Shown: positions 43,480-53,035, counted from the stretch's first letter. The stretch: 64,000 nt of DNA from an uncultured Eubacteriales bacterium (GCA_900546385.1 URCT01000001.1:27597-91596); one strand, 5' to 3'. The notes: generated from the letters alone by a model not told the origin. Program-made: numbers and translations.

Positions 43480-45031
43480 GGTCGGATACCTCCGGGACGG
43501 TGTTTTCTTTCTTTAAGTTGGTCATTAAAAGACCGACCTGTTCCTTGGTGGTCGTGCGTGCGTTCACGATGCCGTTATTTTTTCCGGCGCACAACACTAA
43601 AATCCTGTCGCAGAGGGCAAGCAGCACATCGAGGTCCTCACCGACATAGATCACGGCAACACCGTTTTTCTTTTGCTCATTTAACAGGTGATAGATGGTA
43701 TAGGAGGTGTTGATATCGAGTCCGCGCACGGCATAAGCCGTCATGAGCAGGGTAGGTGCGGCGGCAATTTCGCGGCCGACAAGCACCTTCTGCACGTTGC
43801 CGCCGGAAAGCCGGCGCACCGGTGTTGAAACGCCGGGCGTGACGACCTCCAAATCGTGCATAATGCGTTCGGCAAGCAGTTTGGGCGCACGCTTGTCCGT
43901 GAAGAACGAAAAGCCGTCGGTATAGCTCTTTAACATCATGTTTTCGGTCATGCCCATGCTGCCGACAAGCCCCATGCCGAGTCTGTCCTCCGGCACGAAG
44001 GAGAGCGAAATGCCGAGATTGCGGATCTCCTTGACCGAGCGTCCGATGAGCGGAACCGGCGTGTCGGTGGCCGGATCGAAATAGGTAATGCTGCTTTCGG
44101 GCGTTACCGGCTGCAAACCGGAAATGGCTTCGAGCAGCTCCTTTTGGCCGCTTCCGGCGATACCGGCGATGCCTAAGATCTCGCCGGCATAGGCGTCGAA
44201 CGAAACGTTGTCGAGCTGCTTGACGCCCTCGTGGCTGTAACAGGTAACGTTTTTGACCTCTAAGCGTTTTTTGATATCCTTCGGCAGAGGTCGTTCGATG
44301 TCGAGTTCGACCTTTTTGCCGACCATCATTTCGGTGAGCGACAGTTCGGTGGCTTCCGCAGTGGGAACCGAGCCGATGTATTCACCCTTGCGCAAGACCG
44401 CAACGCGGTCGGAAATGGCAAGCACCTCATGCAGCTTGTGCGTGATGATGATGACCGATTTGCCGTCCTTTTTCATGTTGCGGATGACGTCAAACAGCTT
44501 TTCGGTCTCCTGCGGTGTCAGCACGGCGGTCGGTTCGTCAAGAATTAAGATGTTTGCGCCGCGGTAGAGAACCTTGATGATCTCAAGCGTTTGTTTTTCG
44601 GAAACCGACATTTCGTAGACCTTTTTCATCGGATCCATGGAGAAGCCGTATTTATCGCAGATTTCGGCAACACGGGAGGCGATCTGCTTCAAGCTGTACT
44701 TGCCGTTTTCATGCAGGCCGAGTACCACGTTTTCGGCGGCGGTAAGCACATCCACAAGCTTGAAGTGCTGGTGGATCATGCCGATGCCGAGATGAAACGC
44801 GTCCTTCGGAGAGGCGATGGTGACCTTTTCACCGCCGATATAGATGTCGCCGCTGTCGGGAAAATAGATGCCGGAAAGCATATTCATAAGCGTTGTTTTG
44901 CCGCTTCCGTTTTCACCGAGCAGCGACAGAATCTCGCCTTTGCGGACATCCAAGCAGACGTCTTTGTTGGCAACAATCGGTCCGAAGGTTTTCGTGATGT
45001 TTTCCATGCGCACAGCAATCGTGTTGTCCAT
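43472..45031 (-). CDS. ABC transporter ATP-binding protein with duplicated ABC domains (sugar/nucleoside type).
   Basis: ORF track, 519 aa. GENGSGKTTLMN and GIAGSGQKEL (Walker A x2), VSEKQTLEI and LSGGNVQKVLVGREI (signature-like x2), and ILILDEPT. Confidence 0.9.
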   Translation of the reverse strand: MDNTIAVRMENITKTFGPIVANKDVCLDVRKGEILSLLGENGSGKTTLMNMLSGIYFPDSGDIYIGGEKVTIASPKDAFHLGIGMIHQHFKLVDVLTAAENVVLGLHENGKYSLKQIASRVAEICDKYGFSMDPMKKVYEMSVSEKQTLEIIKVLYRGANILILDEPTAVLTPQETEKLFDVIRNMKKDGKSVIIITHKLHEVLAISDRVAVLRKGEYIGSVPTAEATELSLTEMMVGKKVELDIERPLPKDIKKRLEVKNVTCYSHEGVKQLDNVSFDAYAGEILGIAGIAGSGQKELLEAISGLQPVTPESSITYFDPATDTPVPLIGRSVKEIRNLGISLSFVPEDRLGMGLVGSMGMTENMMLKSYTDGFSFFTDKRAPKLLAERIMHDLEVVTPGVSTPVRRLSGGNVQKVLVGREIAAAPTLLMTAYAVRGLDINTSYTIYHLLNEQKKNGVAVIYVGEDLDVLLALCDRILVLCAGKNNGIVNARTTTKEQVGLLMTNLKKENTVPEVSDHD

Positions 45032-45178
45032 GTGTTACCCTTCCTTATAGTAATTGCAAAAAAATATCCGGTGCAGACGGCCTTTGACCGGCTGCAAGAA
45101 CTAAGGTTTCGCTTAGCTTTCCGAAGCAAGAAACCGTTTTTTCCTCGTCTTTGGAAAAATAAGCGAACGATACAAGTG

Positions 45179-45213
45179 CAAAAAGGGAAAGCGGAAATCC
45201 GTTTTCCCTTTTT
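45179..45213 (-). terminator. Hairpin after the BMP SBP gene (possible intra-operon attenuator).
   Basis: Minus strand: AAAAAGGGAAA-acggatttccgc-TTTCCCTTTTT. It starts 18 nt after the SBP stop at 45231. A second imperfect hairpin (GGTTTC...GAAACC) lies at about 45103-45135. Confidence 0.45.
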
Positions 45214-45230
45214 GTTTACAGTGATACAGC

Positions 45231-46514
45231 TTATGCGAGTTCCTTGATGCCGTCGATACGGATATCGAATGCCGGAGCGCTGCGAAGCTCGGATTCGTGG
45301 AAATAGCCGTCCGAGATCAGCTCATGACCTTCAAAGCCGTAGCTCTTGTCATAGGAATCGAGGTGTTCGCCGCCAACAGTGAATTTGGAGGTATCAAATA
45401 CATGAAGCGTACCGTCGCGGAGCTGCTTTTCAACTTCAGCAACCTTTTCAGCGGTGCCTGCGGCACAGCTCTTGCCGAGCTCGGTGATGGCAACTGCGTC
45501 GGAGTTGAAGCCTTCTGCCCAGTTGGTAGCAAGCTTTTCGCCGTTCATCATGGTGCTAAATGCATACTTGTAGAAGACGCCCCAGTTGTTGGTAGCGGAG
45601 GTGAGAGCAGCATCGGGAGCAACGCTTAACATATCGACGTTGTAGCCGATGGAGTAAGCAACATTGCCCTTTTCGAAAGCAGCCTGAACGGCACTCGGAG
45701 CACCGGTGGAGTCAGCGTGCTGACCGATGATGACGCAGCCGTCAGCCATGAGAGCGTCAGCAGCAGCGCCTTCCATGGTGATGTCAAACCAGCTATTGGT
45801 GTAGGAAACTTCCATGGTTACATTCGGAACGATCGACTGAATGCCGAGGAAGAAGGCCGTATAGCCGGAAACCACTTCCGCATACGGATAAGCGCCGACA
45901 TAACCGATCTTTACGTTTTCGCCGTCGTAGTTCTTGTCGGTGAGCTTGCCGTCTTCAATGAGTTCGGCAACCTTCATGCCGGCAACCACACCGGAAACGT
46001 AGCGGGATTCAAAAATATGAGTAAATGCATTGCAGAAGTTGTCCAAGCCGCTGTCGGCTGCCGTGTCGCCGGTCATGGCAACAAACGTAACATCCGGATT
46101 CTGTGCAGCGGCTTCCTGCATGAAGGACTGATGGCCGTAGCTGTTGGAAACAACGAGGTTGCAGCCTTGGTCAACAAGGTCAAGAGCTGTTTCCGTACAG
46201 GTAGCATCCTCGGGGATGGTGTACTTCCAAACGATCTGATCGTCGCTCATGCCAAGTTCCTTGGCAGCTTCTTGGATGCCCTTGATGTGTGCGTAGGTAT
46301 AGCCTTCGTTTTCGTCGCCGATCAAGATAACGCCCACTTTGAGGTTTGCTTTTTCGGTGTTTTCGCCGTTGTCGGGAGTAACTTCGCCCTGGTTGTCGGG
46401 AGCGACCTCACCCTGATTGTCGGGTACGTCGCCGTTTTCGGTGGGTTTGTTTCCGCACGCTGCGAGGCAGAAGATGAAGCATACTGCCAAAAGAACCGCA
46501 AGGTACTTCTTCAT
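45231..46514 (-). CDS. BMP-family ABC transporter substrate-binding lipoprotein (Med/PnrA-like, nucleoside-type).
   Basis: ORF track, 427 aa. Lipobox MKKYLAVLLAVCFIFCLAAC. A linker carries direct repeats (PDNQGEVAPDNQGEVTPDNGEN). The BMP body includes VGVILIGDENEGYTYAH...GYVGAYPYAEV. Confidence 0.85.
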   Translation of the reverse strand: MKKYLAVLLAVCFIFCLAACGNKPTENGDVPDNQGEVAPDNQGEVTPDNGENTEKANLKVGVILIGDENEGYTYAHIKGIQEAAKELGMSDDQIVWKYTIPEDATCTETALDLVDQGCNLVVSNSYGHQSFMQEAAAQNPDVTFVAMTGDTAADSGLDNFCNAFTHIFESRYVSGVVAGMKVAELIEDGKLTDKNYDGENVKIGYVGAYPYAEVVSGYTAFFLGIQSIVPNVTMEVSYTNSWFDITMEGAAADALMADGCVIIGQHADSTGAPSAVQAAFEKGNVAYSIGYNVDMLSVAPDAALTSATNNWGVFYKYAFSTMMNGEKLATNWAEGFNSDAVAITELGKSCAAGTAEKVAEVEKQLRDGTLHVFDTSKFTVGGEHLDSYDKSYGFEGHELISDGYFHESELRSAPAFDIRIDGIKELA

Positions 46515-46624
46515 GTTTGTTTTCCTCCTAAAACTTATAAAAAAATAAAATAGGCACTTTCGATAAGGATATGGACGCCTTAATTCAAGTACCTACTTTA
46601 TTTTAACAAATCTTTCCAAAAATT

Positions 46625-46654
46625 ACAATACCACATTTCGACGAAATTTGACAG
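46625..46654 (-). promoter_or_regulatory. Candidate promoter with an embedded 13-bp palindrome (possible operator) upstream of the BMP operon.
   Basis: Minus strand reads CTGTCA-18 nt-TATTGT with TG at -15/-14. The spacer contains the perfect palindrome ATTTCG-t-CGAAAT (46635-46647). Confidence 0.35.
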
Positions 46655-46718
46655 GCATTTTCGTGGATATTATACAACCTGCACAAATATGTCTGATTCA
46701 GTGTGTTACTTTGACGTT

Positions 46719-49196
46719 TTATTGAACGCGCGTCATTTTTGCATAGTTCCCCATGACTTTTTTTGTGCCGACGGAATCGAACATCACCTCATACAGCACA
46801 TCGCCCGACAGTGGCTTGACGCTAAGCACCGTTCCGCTTCCGAAAATCGGGTGTGTGATGCGTTCGCCGACGGCAAACGGCTTGGAATGGGCTTGCACCG
46901 CTTCGGCTTTGGCGCGTTTTTCGGCTGCCTCGTGCGCCTTGACATAGGCATAGGCACCGCCGTAAGTACGCATTTTGCCGTCCCTTGGCGCGTGCTGCCG
47001 GTTGTTGTCGGTATCCGTATCGGACGAAGCGGTTTTCGGCTTTTGGCCGTTCGGATATTCCTCTGCTTCAAAGGTATAGTCCGCACCGCCTTCAAAGCGA
47101 CAGGTTTCTGTGGGAATTTCTTTCACAAAACGCGATACCGTGTGAAATTCGGTTCTGCCGAACACCATGCGGCTTTGGCAGTAGAGGATATACAGCTCTT
47201 TCTGCGCACGCGTGATGGCCACATAGGCAAGACGCCGTTCCTCCTCCATCTCTTCGTCGGAAGCACCGATGGTCTGCGAACCGGGAAACACGCCTTCCTC
47301 CATACCGGCTAAGAACACCACCGGGAATTCCAAGCCTTTGGCACTGTGCACCGTCATCATGACGGCGGCAGGCGCGGTTTGGTCGTAGTTGTCGATATCG
47401 GCAACAAGCGCAACCTCCTCCAAAAAGGATTCCAAGGACGCGTCGGGCGTGTTGTTTTCGTAGTTTACGGCATTGGACACAAGTTCCTTGACGTTGGCGG
47501 CACGGTCGGTGGATTCGACTTTGTCCTGTTCGGAAAGGGCTGCCAGATAGCCGGTCTTTTCGAGAACCTTCTCAACAAAAACGCCGATGGAAAGCGTGTG
47601 CAGATCCTCCCGAAGCCGATACATGGTCTCGGCAAACTGCGAAAGCTTTGCGGCTGCGCGCGAAAGCGACGGATAGGCGGCGGCATGGAGTGCGATTTCG
47701 AGCATATCCTTGTTTTCGGCAAGTGCGATCTGCTCAAGCTCATTCACGGTCGTGTCGCCGATGCCGCGCTTGGGAACGTTGATGATGCGCTTCAAGCGCA
47801 GATGGTCGCCGGGATTGGCAAGCACGCATAAGTAAGCGATGACATCCTTGATTTCCTTGCGCTCATAGAAGCGAAGACCACCGATGATGCGGTAGGGAAT
47901 GCCGCTTTTGGCAAACATGGATTCCAGCGTGTTCGACTGGGCGTTCATGCGGTACAACACCGCAAAATCCGAAAATGTGTATTTTCCCGTGCCGACCAGC
48001 TCGACAATGCGGTTTACGATATACTGCGCTTCGCTGTTTTGGTTGAAGCATTCGCGCACGGTGATTTTTTCGCCGTCGGTGTTGCCGGTCCAAAGCGTTT
48101 TGCCCTTTCGGGTGCGGTTGTGGGAAATAACGCCGTTGGCGGCCGAAACAATCACGCCGGTCGAGCGGTAATTCTGCTCCAATTTGATGATTTTGGTGTT
48201 CGGGAAGATTTGGTCGAAGTTCAGAATGTTGTCGATGGTCGCACCGCGGAATTTGTAAATGCTTTGGTCGTCGTCGCCGACCACCATGATGTTGTTTTCG
48301 GCATTGCAGAGCAGCTTTGTGAGTTTGAACTGCGCCTTGTTGGTGTCCTGATACTCGTCCACCAAAATGTAGCGGAATTTGTCGCGATACTTTTCGCGAA
48401 GCTCGATGTCCTCCTCGAACAGTTTGACTGTGAGTAAAATCAGATCGTCAAAATCGAGGGCGTTGGCGATATGCTTGCGCTTTTCGTACTCCTTGTACAG
48501 GCGTAGAATCGTGCGGCGGCGCAGGTCGTGTGTGCTTATCGTCGCTTCGTAATCTTCCGGAAGAAGCAGCTTTTCCTTGGCACGGGAAATCTCGTTTAGC
48601 ACCGTTTTGGGCGGAAAGCTTTTGTCGCTGACCTCAAATTCCTTGAGAATGGCGGTCATAAGCCGCTTTTGATCATCGGTATCGTAAATGGTAAAGCTTT
48701 TTTCAAAGCCGAGCCGGTCGATATACATCCGAAGAAGCTTGGCGCAGACCGAATGAAACGTGCCTGCCCAAATGTCAAGCGCCTGTTCACCGATCGCTTT
48801 TTCCAACCGCTCCTTGATTTCACCGGCAGCCTTGTTGGTAAAGGTGATGGCAAGAATCTGATACGGACGCACCGGGTTTACGGCAAACGTGGCGAGCGCA
48901 CTGTCCAAAAGCTCTCCGGAAAGCTCCGGCATTTGCGCAAGCGATTCTAACTTTTCGATATACGGTTCAAACAGCATCCGCTCCGGCGTTTCGGTCGAAT
49001 AATAGGCATTCCCATAGCGGACAAGATAGTCGATGCGCCGGACAAGCACCGTGGTTTTGCCGCTTCCGGCACCGGCAAGCACCAAGAGCGGGCCTTGTGC
49101 CGTAAAGACGGCTTCGCGCTGGCGGTCGTTGAGAAAGGCGTAGGCTTTGTCGAAAAGCGCGCGTTTGGCTCGAAGGAGCCGTTCGTTTAAGGTCAT
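46719..49196 (-). CDS. pcrA: ATP-dependent DNA helicase PcrA (UvrD family) with a C-terminal Tudor-like domain.
   Basis: ORF track 46719..49223, where the start is a TTG. I prefer ATG 49196, 8 nt after AAAGGA. Motifs: LAGAGSGKTTVL, FTNKAA, VDEYQDTN. The C-terminus is GERITHPIFGSGTVLSVKP... Confidence 0.93.
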   Translation of the reverse strand: MTLNERLLRAKRALFDKAYAFLNDRQREAVFTAQGPLLVLAGAGSGKTTVLVRRIDYLVRYGNAYYSTETPERMLFEPYIEKLESLAQMPELSGELLDSALATFAVNPVRPYQILAITFTNKAAGEIKERLEKAIGEQALDIWAGTFHSVCAKLLRMYIDRLGFEKSFTIYDTDDQKRLMTAILKEFEVSDKSFPPKTVLNEISRAKEKLLLPEDYEATISTHDLRRRTILRLYKEYEKRKHIANALDFDDLILLTVKLFEEDIELREKYRDKFRYILVDEYQDTNKAQFKLTKLLCNAENNIMVVGDDDQSIYKFRGATIDNILNFDQIFPNTKIIKLEQNYRSTGVIVSAANGVISHNRTRKGKTLWTGNTDGEKITVRECFNQNSEAQYIVNRIVELVGTGKYTFSDFAVLYRMNAQSNTLESMFAKSGIPYRIIGGLRFYERKEIKDVIAYLCVLANPGDHLRLKRIINVPKRGIGDTTVNELEQIALAENKDMLEIALHAAAYPSLSRAAAKLSQFAETMYRLREDLHTLSIGVFVEKVLEKTGYLAALSEQDKVESTDRAANVKELVSNAVNYENNTPDASLESFLEEVALVADIDNYDQTAPAAVMMTVHSAKGLEFPVVFLAGMEEGVFPGSQTIGASDEEMEEERRLAYVAITRAQKELYILYCQSRMVFGRTEFHTVSRFVKEIPTETCRFEGGADYTFEAEEYPNGQKPKTASSDTDTDNNRQHAPRDGKMRTYGGAYAYVKAHEAAEKRAKAEAVQAHSKPFAVGERITHPIFGSGTVLSVKPLSGDVLYEVMFDSVGTKKVMGNYAKMTRVQ

Positions 49197-49249
49197 GAAA
49201 GAAATCCTTTCTGAAAAAGACAATCGGCGTAAAAGCGGGAAAGAGTAAG

Positions 49250-49277
49250 TTCGGGTGTACCGAACGATACACCCGAA
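49250..49277 (-). terminator. Hairpin after the CapD-like gene (weak terminator).
   Basis: TTCGGGTGTA-ccgaacga-TACACCCGAA. The T-tract on the minus strand is poor (CTTACTCTTT). Confidence 0.35.
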
Positions 49278-49289
49278 AGCGGTTTTTGG

Positions 49290-51224
49290 TTATTTTGCGG
49301 CGGCAGGCACGGCATGAGCCTTGTCCGGCGCGGCGGAAGCTTCATCGTCCGGTTCTTCCGCATCCGTGCGATGAAAGGTCGGCACAAGCTCGGTGATCTT
49401 CTGCTCCAAGGCGGAAAGCATTTGCGCCTGCGTCAGCGTGTTGTCGTTGGCAATGCGGTATAAATCCTCCAACTCGTTTTGAAGCACGTTCTTGTCGAAA
49501 TCCACAAAATGGCCGACGAAAATCTTGTCATTCTGCGTTTTTTCGAGATTTTCATCCTGCATCATAAGTTCTTCGTACAGCTTTTCACCCGGACGCAAGC
49601 CCGTATACTTGATTTTGATATCGATATCCGGTTTTTTGCCCGAAAGCAGAATGATGCGTTTGGCGAGATCGGCAATTTTTACGGGTTTTCCCATGTTGAG
49701 AACGAAAATTTCACCGCCCTTGGCCTTGGCACTTGCCATGAGTACAAGCTGTACGGCCTCGGGAATGGTCATAAAGAAGCGGATGATATCCGGATGGGTG
49801 ACTGTGACCGGGCCGCCCGAAGCAATCTGCTTGCGGAACAGCGGAATGACCGAGCCGTTAGAGCCGAGTACGTTTCCGAAGCGAACCGCTGAGAAAACGG
49901 TTCCTTTTCCGTTCATGGATTGGATGACCATTTCGCACATACGCTTGCTGGCGCCCATGATGTTGGTGGGATTGACAGCTTTGTCGGTGGAGATGAGAAT
50001 AAACTTGGAAACGCCGGTTTCAATGGCGGCACGCGCCGTGTTATAGGTGCCGAAAACGTTGTTCTTGATGGCCTCTTGCGGCGAAACCTCCATGAGCGGC
50101 ACATGCTTGTGCGCGGCGGCATGAATCACAATGTCGGGCTTGTATTCGGATAAGATGCTCTTGATGCGGTCATAATCGCGCACCGAAGCGATGATGGTGG
50201 AAAAATCGAGGTTTTTGCCGTATTTGAAGCGCAGTTCCTGTTGAATGTCATAGGCATTGTTTTCATAAATATCGACAATGATGAGCTTTTTCGGAGAGTT
50301 GGAGGCAATCTGACGGCACAATTCGGAACCGATGGAACCGCCGCCGCCCGTTACAAGCACCGTCTTGCCTTTGATGAACGCGCTGACTTCTTCGTGGTTG
50401 ACCTCGATCGGGTCACGTCCCAAAAGCTCGTCCATGGTGAAATCGCGTAACTTTTCTACAACGCCGCTTTGCGTGGCATAAAAATCGGCAAGCCGCGGCA
50501 GCATTTTGATTTCGACGTCGATGTCCTTGCAGTTTTCGAGAATGTGTGCACGCTGTTTGTTGTCGGCCGAGGGAATGGCGACGATGATCAAGCGGATGTT
50601 GTGCTTTTTGCACAAGGCCGGGATGTCTTCATCTGAGCCTTCGATGGCGATACCGCCGATCGAGCGGCCTTTTTTGGCCGGATCGCTGTCCACCGCCACA
50701 ACCGGTTTGATGCGGTATTCCGGATGGTATTTTAACTCGGCAAGCAGCAACAGGCACGCATGGCCGCAGCCGACAATCAGCGTGTTTTGCAGAGCTTTTT
50801 GGGTATCCGGCTCCGCGCGGTTGACATACACGCGGTAAATGAGACGGGATAAAAGAAGCCCGAAGGCGGAAAGAAGCACGTTGACAAGCAGAAAACCGAC
50901 AGAAAACGACAGTCCGTCAACAAGAAGGCCTTCCAAAAGGTTGCATCCGGCAAAAACGATTCCGGCGGCTAAAAACGCCGCAACAAAGCGCAGATATTCG
51001 CTGTATTGCGCATAGCGGTGAATGACGCGGTACACACCGAACAGCTTGAAAACAATCGGGTATACCACAAGCAGCGTCGCCATGGCTGTGAGCATTCGCG
51101 CCGTGGGATGCGCGGAAGCGCCGGCAAACGCGTCCGGCAGAATAAAGCGGCTGGCAAAAAGGCTGATTAACAACGTAAAATAGTCCAATAAGACAATGTA
51201 TACGGATCTCATTTTTGAACTCAT
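49290..51224 (-). CDS. Membrane-anchored nucleotide-sugar 4,6-dehydratase/epimerase (CapD/PglF/WbpM family).
   Basis: ORF track, 644 aa. Four N-terminal TM segments, then VLVTGGGGSIGSEL (Rossmann) and the SDR-extended body ...HAAAHKHVP...STDKAVNPTNIMGASKR... Confidence 0.88.
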   Translation of the reverse strand: MSSKMRSVYIVLLDYFTLLISLFASRFILPDAFAGASAHPTARMLTAMATLLVVYPIVFKLFGVYRVIHRYAQYSEYLRFVAAFLAAGIVFAGCNLLEGLLVDGLSFSVGFLLVNVLLSAFGLLLSRLIYRVYVNRAEPDTQKALQNTLIVGCGHACLLLLAELKYHPEYRIKPVVAVDSDPAKKGRSIGGIAIEGSDEDIPALCKKHNIRLIIVAIPSADNKQRAHILENCKDIDVEIKMLPRLADFYATQSGVVEKLRDFTMDELLGRDPIEVNHEEVSAFIKGKTVLVTGGGGSIGSELCRQIASNSPKKLIIVDIYENNAYDIQQELRFKYGKNLDFSTIIASVRDYDRIKSILSEYKPDIVIHAAAHKHVPLMEVSPQEAIKNNVFGTYNTARAAIETGVSKFILISTDKAVNPTNIMGASKRMCEMVIQSMNGKGTVFSAVRFGNVLGSNGSVIPLFRKQIASGGPVTVTHPDIIRFFMTIPEAVQLVLMASAKAKGGEIFVLNMGKPVKIADLAKRIILLSGKKPDIDIKIKYTGLRPGEKLYEELMMQDENLEKTQNDKIFVGHFVDFDKNVLQNELEDLYRIANDNTLTQAQMLSALEQKITELVPTFHRTDAEEPDDEASAAPDKAHAVPAAAK

Positions 51225-51276
51225 GGGTTTCGGAAGACTCCTTTATGCATATTGAAAAAGCTTGAACGATGCAGGC

Positions 51277-52050
51277 TTATTTTGCATCGGACAGGCGCGT
51301 GTTGATAAACTCTTCGGCTTTTTCGAGAATCCGCTTGTCGTGGCGGAAGTTTAAGGCGTCCAAGGCTTGCTGGAACGGAAGAAGCCGGTATTCCGAAATT
51401 TCCATAATGCTCATGCGTACATCCTCCGGATGAAAGGAAGCAAGAAAATAGATGGCTTTTTTTCGGATAAAGTTGTTGATTTTGTAGTTGTAGAATTCGC
51501 GGAAGCCGTCGATGATTTCGGTATGTACGCCGGTTTCTTCGTAAATCTCGCGCAACGCGGTCTGCTTTTCGGTTTCGCCGTATTCGATGTGTCCCTTCGG
51601 AAAACCGATGTGGCCGGATATGTTGGTGATTAAAATGTATTTTCGAACGCCCTCATCTTCGGTATATAAAACCGCGCCGCAGCTTTTTTCGTAATAACAG
51701 ATAAATTCGGCGGAGTCTTTCGGAATGAAGCGTTCGGTCAAACGGGCGATGTTCGGTTCGTAATAAATGCTGTTTTCGCGCGCGGCGATGAGAATGTCGT
51801 CTTTTTCTCCGGCTTTGTCGTGCGCAAGGGCAATGATTTGGGCGTTGAATTTGTTGACCGGAAAATTTTCACCGATGAGGATAACTTCCTTTACGCCGTA
51901 CTTGCCGAGCGTCGTGTAGCCGAAATTGAGAAAACCGGCGAAGCGGCCGTCCAAGAAGGCGCGATAGGATTTTTTTACGTTTACCGTGCAGGTAAGGCCA
52001 AGTACCTGTCTTGCATAGTTTTTGGCAGAAAAATCGTTGAGATTTGCCAT
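51277..52050 (-). CDS. NUDIX hydrolase with an uncharacterised N-terminal domain of about 130 aa.
   Basis: ORF track 51277..52125. I prefer ATG 52050 (RBS AGGAGA). Nudix box GFPKGHIEYGETEKQTALREIYEETGV (Gx5Ex7REUxEExGU). Confidence 0.8.
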   Translation of the reverse strand: MANLNDFSAKNYARQVLGLTCTVNVKKSYRAFLDGRFAGFLNFGYTTLGKYGVKEVILIGENFPVNKFNAQIIALAHDKAGEKDDILIAARENSIYYEPNIARLTERFIPKDSAEFICYYEKSCGAVLYTEDEGVRKYILITNISGHIGFPKGHIEYGETEKQTALREIYEETGVHTEIIDGFREFYNYKINNFIRKKAIYFLASFHPEDVRMSIMEISEYRLLPFQQALDALNFRHDKRILEKAEEFINTRLSDAK

Positions 52051-52113
52051 GGATTCATCTCCTGTATTGCAGAAAGGGTGCGGAAAGGACAAAACACCCC
52101 ATTTATACTGAGC

Positions 52114-52142
52114 ATTATACCACATTTTCCGCCGGTAGTCAA
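52114..52142 (-). promoter_or_regulatory. Sigma-A-type promoter for the NUDIX gene.
   Basis: Minus strand reads TTGACT-accggcggaaaatgtgg(17)-TATAAT with an upstream TG. Confidence 0.55.
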
Positions 52143-52247
52143 CAGTGAATGCGTCGATTTTGAAATATTGTTCACAATTTACAAAAATATCAAAAAATCA
52201 CATCATTGCAAACGACCTTAAAAAAGCGGGAATTTGTCAAAAAGGTC

Positions 52248-52276
52248 TTGACAAGTCGGAAAACCTGTGATAAAAT
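52248..52276 (+). promoter_or_regulatory. Sigma-A-type promoter for the TetR-ABC-methyltransferase operon.
   Basis: TTGACA-agtcggaaaacctgtga(17)-TAAAAT, 42 nt upstream of ATG 52319. Confidence 0.6.
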
Positions 52277-52281
52277 AACAT

Positions 52282-52305
52282 CGTTATCGGATAACAACGT
52301 TATCG
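52282..52305. promoter_or_regulatory. Candidate TetR operator: three GTTATC/GATAAC half-sites.
   Basis: CGTTATCgGATAACaaCGTTATCG lies directly downstream of the -10. GTTATC-g-GATAAC forms a palindrome, and GATAAC-aac-GTTATC forms a second, overlapping one. Confidence 0.5.
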
Positions 52306-52318
52306 AAAGGAAAACAAA

Positions 52319-52951
52319 ATGCGACTGTTGAACGATGCGCTTGCCGCAAAACTGTTGGAGGCGGCCAAAACCGAATTTCTGACGAAAGGCTTCCGAAACG
52401 CTTCTTTGCGGAACATTGCCGCGTCGGCCGGTGTGACGACGGGCGCGATTTACCGCTATTATGCCAATAAGGAAGCGCTGTTCGACGCCTTGGTCGCAGA
52501 GCCGGCAGAAGCCTTTTTTCACGAATATCAGACATACAGTAAGAATTTCTCAAGTGCCGAGCTTGACCGGCAGCTAACGACCCTGCCGCAGCTTGCTGCC
52601 GACAAGCCGAACGGCGAAATCGCGGTGCTTATGACGTATATTTACGAGCATTACGACGCTTTTAAGCTCATTGCCTGCTGTGCCGCCGGTACGCGCTATG
52701 AAAACTATGCCGAGCGGCTGACCGAAATCGAAACGGCGTCCGGCATGACGCTTGTGCATCTGTTGCAAAAGGAAAACCGCATGGCGGTGGATATGGACGA
52801 TACGCTCATTCACATCATTTCCAATACGATTTTTACCGGCATTTTTGAGATCATCGCGCACGATGACAATGCCGCGGATGCGCAAAAGCATATCAATGCG
52901 CTGTACGATTTTTACACAGCCGGTTGGTACGAAATTTTAGGGATCAAGTGA
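52319..52951 (+). CDS. TetR/AcrR-family transcriptional regulator.
   Basis: ORF track, 210 aa. N-terminal HTH: FLTKGFRNASLRNIAASAGVTTGAIYRYYANKEALF. Confidence 0.9.
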   Translation: MRLLNDALAAKLLEAAKTEFLTKGFRNASLRNIAASAGVTTGAIYRYYANKEALFDALVAEPAEAFFHEYQTYSKNFSSAELDRQLTTLPQLAADKPNGEIAVLMTYIYEHYDAFKLIACCAAGTRYENYAERLTEIETASGMTLVHLLQKENRMAVDMDDTLIHIISNTIFTGIFEIIAHDDNAADAQKHINALYDFYTAGWYEILGIK

Positions 52952-53035
52952 TCCTTAAAATTTTGCATAAAGGTTAGCCTTCACTAACCATATCTTTCAA
53001 GGGATCTCCAAATCATCAAAGAAAAGAGGATTTTT

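Noticed and set aside
44591-46553. Long plus-strand ORFs (218 and 278 aa) opposite the ABC ATPase and BMP lipoprotein genes.
   Set aside because: They are antisense to genes with clear Walker/signature motifs and a lipobox. Their composition (Gly/Val/Ala/His/Arg-rich) is typical of shadow ORFs in GC-rich DNA.
46648-46676. A plus-strand TTGACA-17-TATACA promoter-like element pointing into the 3' end of pcrA.
   Set aside because: No plus-strand gene lies downstream (46689..47312+ is a shadow ORF), and the -10 lacks the conserved final T. I kept it only as a remark under the palindrome finding.
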